Positions 29,452 through 38,655 of a stretch of 64,000 bases of DNA are shown here, piece by piece. This DNA is from Nitrospirales bacterium (lineage in GTDB: Bacteria > Nitrospirota > Nitrospiria > Nitrospirales > UBA8639). Location of the stretch: assembly GCA_965223675.1 (NCBI GenBank), contig OZ245013.1, positions 1,569,169-1,633,168 on the forward strand. Direction: 5' to 3'. Below the pieces are notes generated by a model. It was given only the letters and a program-made list of their open reading frames with translations. It searched no databases and was not told where the DNA came from. Numbering within the stretch: the first letter of the stretch is position 1; each line of letters opens with the position of its first letter. Position numbers and translations under genes: made by a program.

Positions 29452-29901
29452 GTGTTATCCTTACACACTATCCGCAACCAACTCGTTCAAATTCTTCATC
29501 TTCAAGAATCACCACAACGAACCGCCCTCGCTTTTGCTCTTGGTGTTTTTATTGCTTTTGCTCCTCATTATGGATTTCATACGGTCAGTGTGGTGTTTTG
29601 TGCCTGGGCCTTTCGGTTAAACTATTTGGCAGTGTTCATGGGAGCCTTACTTAATAATCCCTGGACCTTCGCTCCAATCTTAGGCCTCACACTCTACACA
29701 GGATTTACTTTCTTTGGGACATCACCAGTGCCAACATTCGAGGTATCCAACCTTCACCTCGATAATCTCTTTGAATCCCTCACGCCTTATTTAGTTCCGT
29801 TTATGCTTGGTGGATGTATCTTAGGGTTGATCGGAGCTTTGCTGGCCTATCCCACCATGTTGTTCATTATTTATCGTTATCGATCAACAAGAAATCCCTG
29901 A
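29452..29901 (+). CDS. DUF2062-family membrane protein
   Basis: GTG start. SPQRTALAFALGVFIAFAPHYGFHT motif and three or four hydrophobic helices. Confidence 0.65.
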   Translation: MLSLHTIRNQLVQILHLQESPQRTALAFALGVFIAFAPHYGFHTVSVVFCAWAFRLNYLAVFMGALLNNPWTFAPILGLTLYTGFTFFGTSPVPTFEVSNLHLDNLFESLTPYLVPFMLGGCILGLIGALLAYPTMLFIIYRYRSTRNP

Positions 29902-30003
29902 CACGAAGACCAATGATATTTCCGAAAAAAACACCTCATTAGCAAGTAAGCTTCAGAACAAGCGTGCCCTGGACTAACCGTCAGCTATAGGTTTCATTGA
30001 CCC

Positions 30004-31395
30004 ATGAGTAGCGACCCACGACTCCCCCATGATGGGACCTCTCTTATTGCCGACCCAATTCATGGGTACATTACATTTACCGTCCCATTGTCTCTCGGCC
30101 AATCAAGGGAACAAACTGAAAAAGATCTCATCGATTCCCCATGGGTACAACGATTACGCTACATTTACCAACTTCAAAGTGCACATTGGGTGTATCCATC
30201 AGCCGAGCATACTCGATTTCAGCATTCATTGGGTGCCATGCACCTCGCTGGGCAATTTGCCAATCAACTCTACCCAACACTCTCTAAAACCCTTCAGAAT
30301 GTTCCCTCCCAACCCTATATCGAAGAATTACTTCGTGTCACCGCACTTCTCCATGACATCGGGCACGGACCATTTTGTCACTTCTTCGATCATCATTTCC
30401 TGAATCGATATCATCTTACTCATGAACAAATCGGACAAACGATTGTTCGGACACAACTCGCCTCAATCATCAAGAATATCGGTCGGAGCCCATCAGGCAC
30501 TTTTGAATCAGGTGAACAACTGAATCCCGACCATATTGCATTTCTCATTCTGAAAGATCCACATAAACCGACTCAAGGATACCCACAATGGCTGACAGCC
30601 TTACAGCCCATATTGGGTGGCGTCTTTACGGCGGATAACTGCGACTACGTGCTTCGCGACTCCTACATGTGCGGTGTCGCCATAGGCCCAGTAGACATCG
30701 AGCGCCTAAAACACTACACATTTTTTACTCCAAAAGGTCTCACGATCCACAAATCAGGTCTACCAGCCCTTCAAATGTTCTTGAATGCCCGACATTATTT
30801 ATACTCCAACGTGTACTATCACCGGACGACCAGGGCGATTGATATTCATTTGCAGGAAATCTTCTCACAAACAATGCGGTATCTCTATCCGTACAATCCG
30901 CTTGATCAACTTGACACATACCTCCACCTAACTGACTGGAGTGTTATTGAATCCGTACGAAAATGGATAAAAGAAAACAACCGCACGAAGAAGCGGCTCG
31001 GAAAAGAATGGGCCTGTATCTTGAACCGAAATATTAAGTGGAAAATGGCGTATAATACGATATTACCGATTGTTCCGACACCACATGCGCAAAGCCGATT
31101 TCAATCGTCTCAACTGGAAACTCAAATTCGCCACGTGCTACCGAAACATCTCAAGAAACTCGAGTTTCGAATCGATATGGCTCATCAAGATACTCGTCCC
31201 ATCAATCTCCTCAATATGGGAGGATTCCAGATTTTCGTGTACGAACCCTCAACTCAACATGTCGCGAAGGAAAGTTTGAATACGTTTTTAGAACATCTTC
31301 CTGCCAGGATGGTACAGTTCCGCATCTACACGCATACCCATCAAGCAGATGCCGAGCTTACCCACGCGGCAAAGCTCGTGCTCAGGGAAAAATAA
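30004..31395 (+). CDS. HD-domain phosphohydrolase, dGTPase/SAMHD1-like
   Basis: RFQHSLG...ALLHDIGHGPFCH...DNCDYVLRD motifs of the HD dNTP triphosphohydrolase-like family. Confidence 0.75.
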   Translation: MSSDPRLPHDGTSLIADPIHGYITFTVPLSLGQSREQTEKDLIDSPWVQRLRYIYQLQSAHWVYPSAEHTRFQHSLGAMHLAGQFANQLYPTLSKTLQNVPSQPYIEELLRVTALLHDIGHGPFCHFFDHHFLNRYHLTHEQIGQTIVRTQLASIIKNIGRSPSGTFESGEQLNPDHIAFLILKDPHKPTQGYPQWLTALQPILGGVFTADNCDYVLRDSYMCGVAIGPVDIERLKHYTFFTPKGLTIHKSGLPALQMFLNARHYLYSNVYYHRTTRAIDIHLQEIFSQTMRYLYPYNPLDQLDTYLHLTDWSVIESVRKWIKENNRTKKRLGKEWACILNRNIKWKMAYNTILPIVPTPHAQSRFQSSQLETQIRHVLPKHLKKLEFRIDMAHQDTRPINLLNMGGFQIFVYEPSTQHVAKESLNTFLEHLPARMVQFRIYTHTHQADAELTHAAKLVLREK

Positions 31396-31396
31396 T

Positions 31397-31415
31397 GGGC
31401 AGACCACAAATGCCC
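31397..31415. terminator. weak bidirectional hairpin between convergent genes
   Basis: GGGCA-gaccacaaa-TGCCC, flanked by A-rich and T-rich sequence, between the HD gene stop (31395) and the lipoprotein gene stop (31460). Confidence 0.3.
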
Positions 31416-31459
31416 GAATAAAAAGTCTTCTCCCTAAGATTACAGTGGTATATTTGGTC

Positions 31460-33160
31460 TTATTTGGTTACTTTTGCCCCCAGACCAACATGCTGAAGGT
31501 CTTTGCTTAAATCCAGTTGGACGCGCATGTGAAACACATCCTTGTCTTCAGAATTTTCTTTTGCTATTGCTTCACATTCGCCGAAACATTGACCAATCAA
31601 TCGTCGAACCAATTGCTCCCCGCCTACACCTAACATTTCCTCATCAGGTCGCTGTATCATCTCAGCTCCATCCACGGTACCGCCTCGTCCGGCTATTCGC
31701 ATTTGAAGAGTTCGTCGATTCCCCGGAAGGTATCCATGGACAGGCAGAGACTCCGCAATGTATGGCTCCCAATTATCCGACAACCAGTGTTTCACCTGAT
31801 CGAGGATCTGGGCTTGTAACCCTGGCAACCTTGAAATCGAACTGGCTTGTTCCTCTGCAGGCTCTATCATTTCGACCGAGATCATACGATGTTCACCTGG
31901 AACCGAAACAACCACAGCATCAAAATGGCTAATGTTTTGATAATGAGCAAGCATCTTTGCTGAGAACGCTACATCACCTACAATCATCGGAGTCGGCCAG
32001 ACTGGAATTTCCGTGACTCTGTTTTCAGACGAATCAAGAGCGTGATCAGTCCGCCAAGACCATGGAGAAGCGACTCCAATAACCTCACCGGAGCTAGAAA
32101 TGGCCCGTACAAACACACGCCGAGGAGTACGAAATCGTTCCACGAATAACTGACTCGTGTTTACATTATCGTCTTGCCATCTCATGATCCCGCGATCGTC
32201 GTCATTATTCTGATTTTCCAGCAAAGAAAATTTCACCAATCGATGAATATTGCGAAGACGTTCGGGCACAAAGTACGACGTTACTGGGACCCACACGAAG
32301 TCCTGCTTATGTCCCCAGACATCAGAAATCGACGTCCCACTAAAACTTGGGGCTCCAAGCTCAATAGTGAACCCTTGCTGCCACACCTCATCGGCAACAT
32401 GCCAGGCTTCTTCTCGTCTCCGTTGGGTTTGCAGAAGACGCAAAGGCATGTCGGCAGGATGGATGTGCGATTGGGGAGAGGATTGTTTGTTAATCGTCGG
32501 GGCAAATGGCAATATTCGTTGACGCACCATGTCCTGCGAAGGTTGGGAGGCATCAGAAGATCTCAAGGTATCATTTGCTATCGGCTGTCTAGGCTTTTCT
32601 GATAGTGGACCAAAGAACCCTCCAATATGATTGGCCAATTGATGTGTGAGGGCAGGAAGAGCTTCGAGAGCATCAGAGAGTCTTGTCGCTCGTACGACAA
32701 ATCCGTGTTCTACATCAAGCACATGAACATCGACGGTTAATCGATGCCCAATGACAAAAAAACTCCCTTTTAATAAATATCGAGCCCCACTCAATTGCCC
32801 AAGCCTGACTGAAGATCCTGGATCAGACGTTCCTCGATGCTGAAGCCATTGTTCACGCAGGACGGCCCCCAACGATTGACGAGAGACGATATCTATCCCG
32901 GGCCACACGGCTAAATCTGTCACGAGCATATCAGAAAGGCCTTGCCGCAACCATTCCCACCCTGAATACTCTCCATGATAATCAAACGGCAACACGCCTA
33001 AAGAATGTGGTACAGGCAAAGGGTCTTGTTCTTGTGCGATGGAAGAGATGGGAAGAGTCGAAGGTTGAAAAGAGGAAGGCGCGGAACAACTGAGCAAGCA
33101 CAACATGGCCATACTCAGAAGACCACATTGAAGGATCAAACTTTTGTTAGCCAAGCACAC
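31460..33160 (-). CDS. putative lipoprotein with an N-terminal CsgG/LpoB-like domain and a large uncharacterised C-terminal region
   Basis: Lipobox LLSC. GVLPFDY...WEWLRQGLSDMLVTDL...IVSRQ pattern and a RYLLKGSF motif. The track start (33250) overlaps the PilZ gene. GTG 33160 or TTG 33154 would give a plausible signal peptide. The start is uncertain. Confidence 0.65.
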   Translation of the reverse strand: MCLANKSLILQCGLLSMAMLCLLSCSAPSSFQPSTLPISSIAQEQDPLPVPHSLGVLPFDYHGEYSGWEWLRQGLSDMLVTDLAVWPGIDIVSRQSLGAVLREQWLQHRGTSDPGSSVRLGQLSGARYLLKGSFFVIGHRLTVDVHVLDVEHGFVVRATRLSDALEALPALTHQLANHIGGFFGPLSEKPRQPIANDTLRSSDASQPSQDMVRQRILPFAPTINKQSSPQSHIHPADMPLRLLQTQRRREEAWHVADEVWQQGFTIELGAPSFSGTSISDVWGHKQDFVWVPVTSYFVPERLRNIHRLVKFSLLENQNNDDDRGIMRWQDDNVNTSQLFVERFRTPRRVFVRAISSSGEVIGVASPWSWRTDHALDSSENRVTEIPVWPTPMIVGDVAFSAKMLAHYQNISHFDAVVVSVPGEHRMISVEMIEPAEEQASSISRLPGLQAQILDQVKHWLSDNWEPYIAESLPVHGYLPGNRRTLQMRIAGRGGTVDGAEMIQRPDEEMLGVGGEQLVRRLIGQCFGECEAIAKENSEDKDVFHMRVQLDLSKDLQHVGLGAKVTK

Positions 33161-33755
33161 AGCTTTGAGATTGACTCTGGCGATGACGCTGCATGATCGC
33201 TTGCGACCGTATAATATGGCGAATGATGGCTTCACGGTCATCGTCCGCAATCTTAGTGAACTCTACAGCTATCTCAAATTTAGGGACATCGCTTGGCGTT
33301 TTCGATGGGGAGGTACGCAGTACTTTTCCAATAGCTTGTATGGGAATGAAAGGACGAAGAATCAATCGCAGCACAAGCACAGCATCAACCGGAAATTCTT
33401 TTTCCGAGGCAAACCGAATACCCGAACCACTCAAATTCACATTCATAAACTGCGGGATCGATTCTGACAAACGCTTATCTTTTGCGAGTGTCTTTAAGAC
33501 AGATGTGAGCAGCCAATCAATACGAGTCAACATTTGAAGCATTAATGGATCTTTAATGGTGAGGTCTTTTTCATCAACCATGGCCCGAACCAGATCAGGA
33601 GATATGGCTAATTCATCCCATTGCCATGGAGACATTTGCGTCCCATCAGCACCGACAGTTTCACACGAAAGCGCAAGGGGAACGTCTACAGAGACAGACG
33701 CATGAACTGATCCGCGAACGTCTTTTCGACGCTCATCACTATCAAGAACGCTCAT
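33147..33755 (-). CDS. PilZ-domain (c-di-GMP receptor-like) protein
   Basis: RRKDVR (RxxxR) at aa 9-14 and NLSGSG (D/NxSxxG) at aa 107-112, separated by an unusually long (about 90 aa) partly helical segment. Confidence 0.75.
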   Translation of the reverse strand: MSVLDSDERRKDVRGSVHASVSVDVPLALSCETVGADGTQMSPWQWDELAISPDLVRAMVDEKDLTIKDPLMLQMLTRIDWLLTSVLKTLAKDKRLSESIPQFMNVNLSGSGIRFASEKEFPVDAVLVLRLILRPFIPIQAIGKVLRTSPSKTPSDVPKFEIAVEFTKIADDDREAIIRHIIRSQAIMQRHRQSQSQSCVLG

Positions 33756-33790
33756 ACGTTACCTTGTACAACTGAAAATCCAGGCGTATA

Positions 33791-34132
33791 TCATATCGTT
33801 GACGTTGGTGAGGACTCATCCGATACGGATTCCACGACCGAAGAAGAAACATCAGCCTGCACTAAGTGTTGGAGCTCAGCCACAAGCAATCTCGCTTCTT
33901 CTGCCGAATGCTGAATCTTCTCTAAATGTTTAAGGATTTGAGGCTCGGTACATTGTCGAACAGCCAGTTGGGCAAACACGGTAATGGGCAACAACTTATT
34001 TGCTAGCATATGCATTCGCGGTCGAATTTCATCCTGATCACGATAAAGTATAGATCGTTCCTGAAGGTCGTCAGAATTTGATGGAAGAAAACTCTTTTGC
34101 ATAAGCCTTCTCAGTTCGTCATCGTCAAACAA
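33791..34132 (-). CDS. hypothetical protein (113 aa) with an H-box-like helix
   Basis: TTG start preceded by AGAGGA. The segment RMHMLANKLLPITVFAQLA resembles a histidine-kinase DHp H-box, but this is a weak call. Confidence 0.5.
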   Translation of the reverse strand: MFDDDELRRLMQKSFLPSNSDDLQERSILYRDQDEIRPRMHMLANKLLPITVFAQLAVRQCTEPQILKHLEKIQHSAEEARLLVAELQHLVQADVSSSVVESVSDESSPTSTI

Positions 34133-34319
34133 TTTTCCTCTTTAAGCATCTAGACAGCAATTGTTATACCAATCGCGTAATCCTTGAAATACAACAGAAC
34201 TACAAACTCATATGAGACTAAGTGAGAGACAGTTATTGAAAATAACAAGAAGAGGCGTTGATTCTACTGACCAGAAATGTCATTTTATTGACAGGAGTTT
34301 TACTTTTCGCACGAATATA

Positions 34320-34637
34320 TCAGACAGCTTTTATAAGACGCCCGCCTCGAGAAAGCGAGTGTTTCCACTGTTGTTGCCACTGACGTAGCTTCCGGCGTTG
34401 TTCTTGCGCGTCATTCAGGCTCTGCTGCGTCGCGGCTTGAACCACTCTTGCACGTTCTTGGACAACCTGATCAATATGGATAAGTCGTTTGGCAACTGCG
34501 GGCGATACTTTATCCAAATCAAACTGAGAGGTTCGACGTTCATACAAAAGGGCAACATGCCCCCAATGTCCCGCCTCAGCTGCGGCCAGCGCTTGTTGAG
34601 TTAAAGTTTCGATCGGATGTTTGGCAGGGAATGTCAT
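34320..34637 (-). CDS. FliT-like flagellar chaperone (tentative)
   Basis: 105-aa helical protein directly downstream of fliS. LTQQALAAAEAGHWGHVALLYERR resembles the FliT N-terminal pattern. Confidence 0.5.
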   Translation of the reverse strand: MTFPAKHPIETLTQQALAAAEAGHWGHVALLYERRTSQFDLDKVSPAVAKRLIHIDQVVQERARVVQAATQQSLNDAQEQRRKLRQWQQQWKHSLSRGGRLIKAV

Positions 34638-34646
34638 AGAGACCCA

Positions 34647-35039
34647 TCAGACTCCAACGGCTTCGGCCATTGACCCTTGATTTGCCAATTCCACCCAGGC
34701 CTCGCGAACAATGCCTAAACACTTAATGGGGCTGTTTAATCGTGTCGAGTCATGATGAAGATTAGACTGTGTAATTTCATGTTGAACGTATTCATACAAA
34801 CGGCGTAAATCATTCGCAATCGTCCCACCTTGTTCCATATTGAGTGAAGCCGATAACTCATTGACAACCGTCAGCGCTCGATCAAGAAATCGAGCCTTAT
34901 CTTGCATATTGTTCGTTAGCATGCCTTCTTGCGCGAGTTTCAGTGACTGGATCACGCCGTCGTACAGCAATACCACAACTTGCACAGACGAAGCTGTTTG
35001 AACTTCAGTTTTGGCGTACAGTTGCGCACCTTGCATCAT
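34647..35039 (-). CDS. fliS: flagellin-specific export chaperone
   Basis: YAKTEVQTASSVQVVVLLYDGVIQSL, typical of FliS, and a position downstream of fliD. Confidence 0.9.
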   Translation of the reverse strand: MMQGAQLYAKTEVQTASSVQVVVLLYDGVIQSLKLAQEGMLTNNMQDKARFLDRALTVVNELSASLNMEQGGTIANDLRRLYEYVQHEITQSNLHHDSTRLNSPIKCLGIVREAWVELANQGSMAEAVGV

Positions 35040-35065
35040 ACCACCTACCCTTCCCTAGGTTGTGT

Positions 35066-36454
35066 TTATATTAAGGAGTTCAAACTATCTAATTGCGACT
35101 GCAAACTCGCCAACAATCCATCCAGATTAGCAAATTTAATTCGCTGTTGCTCTTCAAATTGTTCCAAACGAGTTTCTAGCACATCAATTTGGTCGTCGAA
35201 ATCATCTATTTCATCTGTAAGCGAATCTTGCCTGAGAGCAAGGGCCCCAAACTCAATATCGTCTAGATCATCAACAGCATCCACCAAACGTTCAGCAATC
35301 CCACTTGTCCCATTTGTCGGATTATCGATAAAGAGCTCTCGAACTTCGTCGAATGAATCACTTAAACGTGCATCAAGATCGGCTTCCTCAAGGACAATGG
35401 TTCCATCATTGGCTTGCGTTTGAAACCCAATTTGCCCCGCGGCTGTGATAGTTGACAGTCCGCTCACTTGCTCAGACAATGCACGACGTATTTTATCGAG
35501 GACCGTGCGAACGACAGATTCACCGACAAAAATGCCACGCTCCTCTGTTTCAACATTAAAAACCGTCCGTTCATCAATGAAGGACACTACATCATTGTAA
35601 GCTTCAACAAGAGCGGTAATACCTTCTTTCACTGCTGCAACATCTTGCGTCACAGCAATCGTGACGGGATTGCTCGCATCGACTCCTTGAAGATTCAGAC
35701 TGACGCCTGTAATCACATCGGAAAGTGTATTAGACGAACGCTGAAGGGTTACCTGATCACTTCCGGCCGCCCCGAGAACCACCTCTGAATCTTGTGCAGC
35801 TTGCAGTGTATCCACTCCTGATGTCACCGTATCGAGCGTCGTATCGTCAGCAGTAATCGCGATAGTATTAGCGGCCCCCGTATCGTTGGATGTCAGCACC
35901 AACCGATAGGCAGGAGTTGTTTCACTGCCAGTATTGAGAGTCGAGGCACTTACGCCAGCACCCAGATCGTTAATCGCAGCTTTTAAATCGTCAAGTGTCG
36001 CATCACTCGATAAGTTGACGGTTTGAGTCGCGCCTCCTGCAACCGTAAACGAAAACGTCGCGGATGAACCGCTGACGATATCGGTTGTCGTTGACGCCAC
36101 AGTTGTCGTTGATTTAGAAGCCACTTGATGGGCGGTGGCCAATTGATTGACCGTCACGGTGTGGGTGCCCGCGGTAGCCGTGGAAGATGACGTCGCCGTC
36201 AATACGTTTTGAGTGCTCGCCGTGCTGACATCGACTTTGGTCTTGTCAAAGCTAATTCGAGTTCGAAGACTATTGGCAGCACTTTGTAGACTCAGCAACT
36301 TGGTTCCAACTGACCCAAAATCGGTGAGCTTTTCTTGAGAGGCAAGCTTTTTTTCAGTCAATCGATCAATGGGAATTCGTTCTGCTTGGACAAGGAACTC
36401 AACGATTTGTCCAAAATCGACACCATTCCCAAGTCCACCAAAACTGATATTCAT
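35066..36454 (-). CDS. fliD: flagellar filament cap protein (hook-associated protein 2)
   Basis: MNISFGGLGNGVDFGQIVEFLVQAERIPI N-terminus and a conserved C-terminal coiled coil. The ATG at 36454 has GGGAG 8 nt upstream; the track GTG at 36463 overlaps that SD. Confidence 0.9.
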   Translation of the reverse strand: MNISFGGLGNGVDFGQIVEFLVQAERIPIDRLTEKKLASQEKLTDFGSVGTKLLSLQSAANSLRTRISFDKTKVDVSTASTQNVLTATSSSTATAGTHTVTVNQLATAHQVASKSTTTVASTTTDIVSGSSATFSFTVAGGATQTVNLSSDATLDDLKAAINDLGAGVSASTLNTGSETTPAYRLVLTSNDTGAANTIAITADDTTLDTVTSGVDTLQAAQDSEVVLGAAGSDQVTLQRSSNTLSDVITGVSLNLQGVDASNPVTIAVTQDVAAVKEGITALVEAYNDVVSFIDERTVFNVETEERGIFVGESVVRTVLDKIRRALSEQVSGLSTITAAGQIGFQTQANDGTIVLEEADLDARLSDSFDEVRELFIDNPTNGTSGIAERLVDAVDDLDDIEFGALALRQDSLTDEIDDFDDQIDVLETRLEQFEEQQRIKFANLDGLLASLQSQLDSLNSLI

Positions 36455-36578
36455 CTCAAACACTCCCTGTTAGTTAGACGCATCCTGCCTGTTGCGGAAA
36501 CTTGCACTAACAATCGACTCCTGACTCACACACAAATCGCTTCATCTTTACTCATTTGGGCGATGAAGTTTCTTTTGA

Positions 36579-36965
36579 TTACGCCTCTTCCTTTAGAAGA
36601 ATTCCTGGTTGTTCCTCAAAAAACCGTTGAACACGAAGGACCTCCTCTGGAGGAAACTGCCGAATGAGCTCACCAGAATCACGCTCAACCACCTTAACCA
36701 CGACTTGATTCAAGTCTTCTTCAACAGAAAACTGAATCTGAGAGTCGATCTGGTTCACGGTATCCTGGATTCGTGCCACTGTTTCTTCGAGAACCTTTGG
36801 ATCTGAAGCATCACTGCGATCTTCTGACGGAGCAGATAACCGAGATGGAGTTTTTTTCTCCTGAACATCATGAGTTTCAGAAGTCGCCTTGGCTCCAGAA
36901 CGTTCGCGCACTCCTTGCCCGACGGACAAAGCCAGCGTTGATGATTCTGGAACGCCTTGTATCAT
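36579..36965 (-). CDS. flaG: flagellar protein FlaG
   Basis: C-terminal LNQVVVKVVERDSGELIRQFPPEEVL motif of the FlaG family. It lies between fliC and fliD. Confidence 0.85.
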   Translation of the reverse strand: MIQGVPESSTLALSVGQGVRERSGAKATSETHDVQEKKTPSRLSAPSEDRSDASDPKVLEETVARIQDTVNQIDSQIQFSVEEDLNQVVVKVVERDSGELIRQFPPEEVLRVQRFFEEQPGILLKEEA

Positions 36966-36996
36966 AGTATCCTCCCTCCGTTAATGTACGGAGCAG

Positions 36997-37031
36997 GAAT
37001 GGGCAAGACCTTCAACTGACCTTGCCCATTC
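36997..37031 (-). terminator. stem-loop immediately downstream of fliC (terminator or attenuator)
   Basis: Perfect 11-bp inverted repeat GAATGGGCAAG-N13-CTTGCCCATTC, 10 nt after the fliC stop. There is no clear U tract, so termination may be partial. Confidence 0.5.
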
Positions 37032-37041
37032 TTTACATCGT

Positions 37042-37869
37042 TTACTGCAGTAACGCCAACGCTTGCTGAGGCAAGGTGTTGGCCTGAGCTAAAATCGATG
37101 TCCCGGCTTGCACCAAGATTTGATTTCGCACGAATTGTGACGTTTCAAAAGCAATATCCGCGTCACGAATCCGTGATTCTGCAGCGGTGATATTTTCGTT
37201 TGCGACTTGCAAATTCTGAACGGCAGCATCGATACGATTCTGCAATGAACCTATTGTGGCTCGAGCACTCGCCACCGCGCTAATTGCACTATCAATATTG
37301 GACAGCGCACTCAAAGCTCCGGAAGACGTCGATACATTGACAGAGCTCAAACTAAGATCACTCGTCGTCAAATCATTAAGGGCGATCGACAAGGTATCAT
37401 TCGCGGAACTTCTGAATCCGATTTGAATCGAAAGACTGTTATTGTCCGCACCACTGAGTAATTTAACGTTGTTAAACTCAGTCACCGAGGCAATACGATC
37501 AATTTCAGATCGCAATGCAACGAATTCTTGATCTAGGTAAGACCGTTCCGTCGCACCAAGAATTCCACTTGCTGATTGTTCAGCCAACTCTCGAAGTCGG
37601 CCTAATAGATTACCAATATTGGCAGCACCACCGTCAGCGATCTGCAACAAGCTGATACCATCGTTGGCGTTTCGAGCGGCCTGATTAATACTTCTGATTT
37701 GAGCACGAAGAGTTTCCGAAATACCCAGACCGGCAGCGTCGTCAGCCGCTCGAGTAATTCGAAGTCCTGAGGAAAGACGCGCGACTGATCCATTCAACGA
37801 ATTTGTATTAACTTCAAGATTCCGTTGAGCGTTAAGCGACGCGATGTTGGTGTTTACGACAAGTGCCAT
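37042..37869 (-). CDS. fliC: flagellin (short, 275 aa)
   Basis: MALVVNTNIASLNAQRNL...LSSGLRI N-terminus and a LSLLQ-type C-terminus (QQALALLQ). AGGAGG SD. Ser/Thr-rich central segment. Confidence 0.93.
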   Translation of the reverse strand: MALVVNTNIASLNAQRNLEVNTNSLNGSVARLSSGLRITRAADDAAGLGISETLRAQIRSINQAARNANDGISLLQIADGGAANIGNLLGRLRELAEQSASGILGATERSYLDQEFVALRSEIDRIASVTEFNNVKLLSGADNNSLSIQIGFRSSANDTLSIALNDLTTSDLSLSSVNVSTSSGALSALSNIDSAISAVASARATIGSLQNRIDAAVQNLQVANENITAAESRIRDADIAFETSQFVRNQILVQAGTSILAQANTLPQQALALLQ

Positions 37870-37891
37870 AAAATCCTCCTTGATGTTGGTA

Positions 37892-37915
37892 CTTCAGAGT
37901 ATCCGTACTCTGAAG
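37892..37915 (-). promoter_or_regulatory. 5'-UTR hairpin presenting GGA in the loop (candidate CsrA-type site)
   Basis: The mRNA reads CUUCAGAGUA-CGGA-UACUCUGAAG (perfect 10-bp stem, 4-nt loop), 11 nt upstream of the AAGGAGGA Shine-Dalgarno. Confidence 0.45.
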
Positions 37916-37989
37916 AATGATTAGTGGTGAACTTGGCCCAAAGCCCCCTTTCCAAAACATGGATAATCGACTTCGGATTTCGCTCATAT

Positions 37990-38016
37990 CTATCGGAGGA
38001 ATACACAAAGACTTGA
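37990..38016 (-). promoter_or_regulatory. sigma-28 (FliA)-type promoter of fliC
   Basis: The minus strand reads TCAAGTCT-N11-TCCGATAG against the consensus TAAAGTTT-N11-GCCGATAA (6/8 and 6/8 matches, exact spacing). It lies about 120 nt upstream of the fliC ATG. Confidence 0.6.
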
Positions 38017-38121
38017 GGACAAATTACAGCTGATAAAATAACCAACAGTAACGAATGAAAACCTCTAAAAAGATCATAGGACATCTCTCTGGATTATCTG
38101 TTCAGCAATTGTCAGTGCTCT

Positions 38122-38655
38122 CTACCCACGCGATGGCAGGCGCGGAACAATTTCAAATTCCAAGAGGTCTGCGACTTCGACTATATCAACTCGTTCTCGC
38201 GCCGCAATGACCCTTTGCAGCCAATTCACCATTGAATCAGGCGGGGGTTGAGAGGTTCCAACTGTCCTGGCGAGTTCAGCCCATTCGACATAATCAGCCA
38301 GCCTCCCAAACCAATCGTCGAGTTGACGCAGACGTTTTTCTCCACGACGAAAGGCACGAGCCAAATTTTCTGCGTCTTCCTTAAGCGCTGCACCAAATTC
38401 TTGAGCACTCGGTGCCCCACTTTCGACGATCGACTGAAGCGGTCGACTGGTTGCGACTACATTGCCCATTTGACCAGCTTCCTGGGAAAGAATTGAAGGC
38501 ACGAGATCACGATCCGTAAAACATCGCTGGCCTACCTTCAAGTTGGTGACTAAACAGCCTCTTGCATGAGCCGTATCACTCAAGCGCGCAATCACTTCTT
38601 CGAGTTTCACGGTGTCCTCCATCTCCCAAGTCTCTTCATCGAGTTGAACTTGCAT
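38122..38655 (-). CDS. hypothetical protein (177 aa) between the GT9-like gene and fliC
   Basis: ATG preceded by AGGAGG at 7 nt. It overlaps the stop of the upstream gene by 20 nt. No recognisable motif. Confidence 0.65.
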   Translation of the reverse strand: MQVQLDEETWEMEDTVKLEEVIARLSDTAHARGCLVTNLKVGQRCFTDRDLVPSILSQEAGQMGNVVATSRPLQSIVESGAPSAQEFGAALKEDAENLARAFRRGEKRLRQLDDWFGRLADYVEWAELARTVGTSQPPPDSMVNWLQRVIAARERVDIVEVADLLEFEIVPRLPSRG

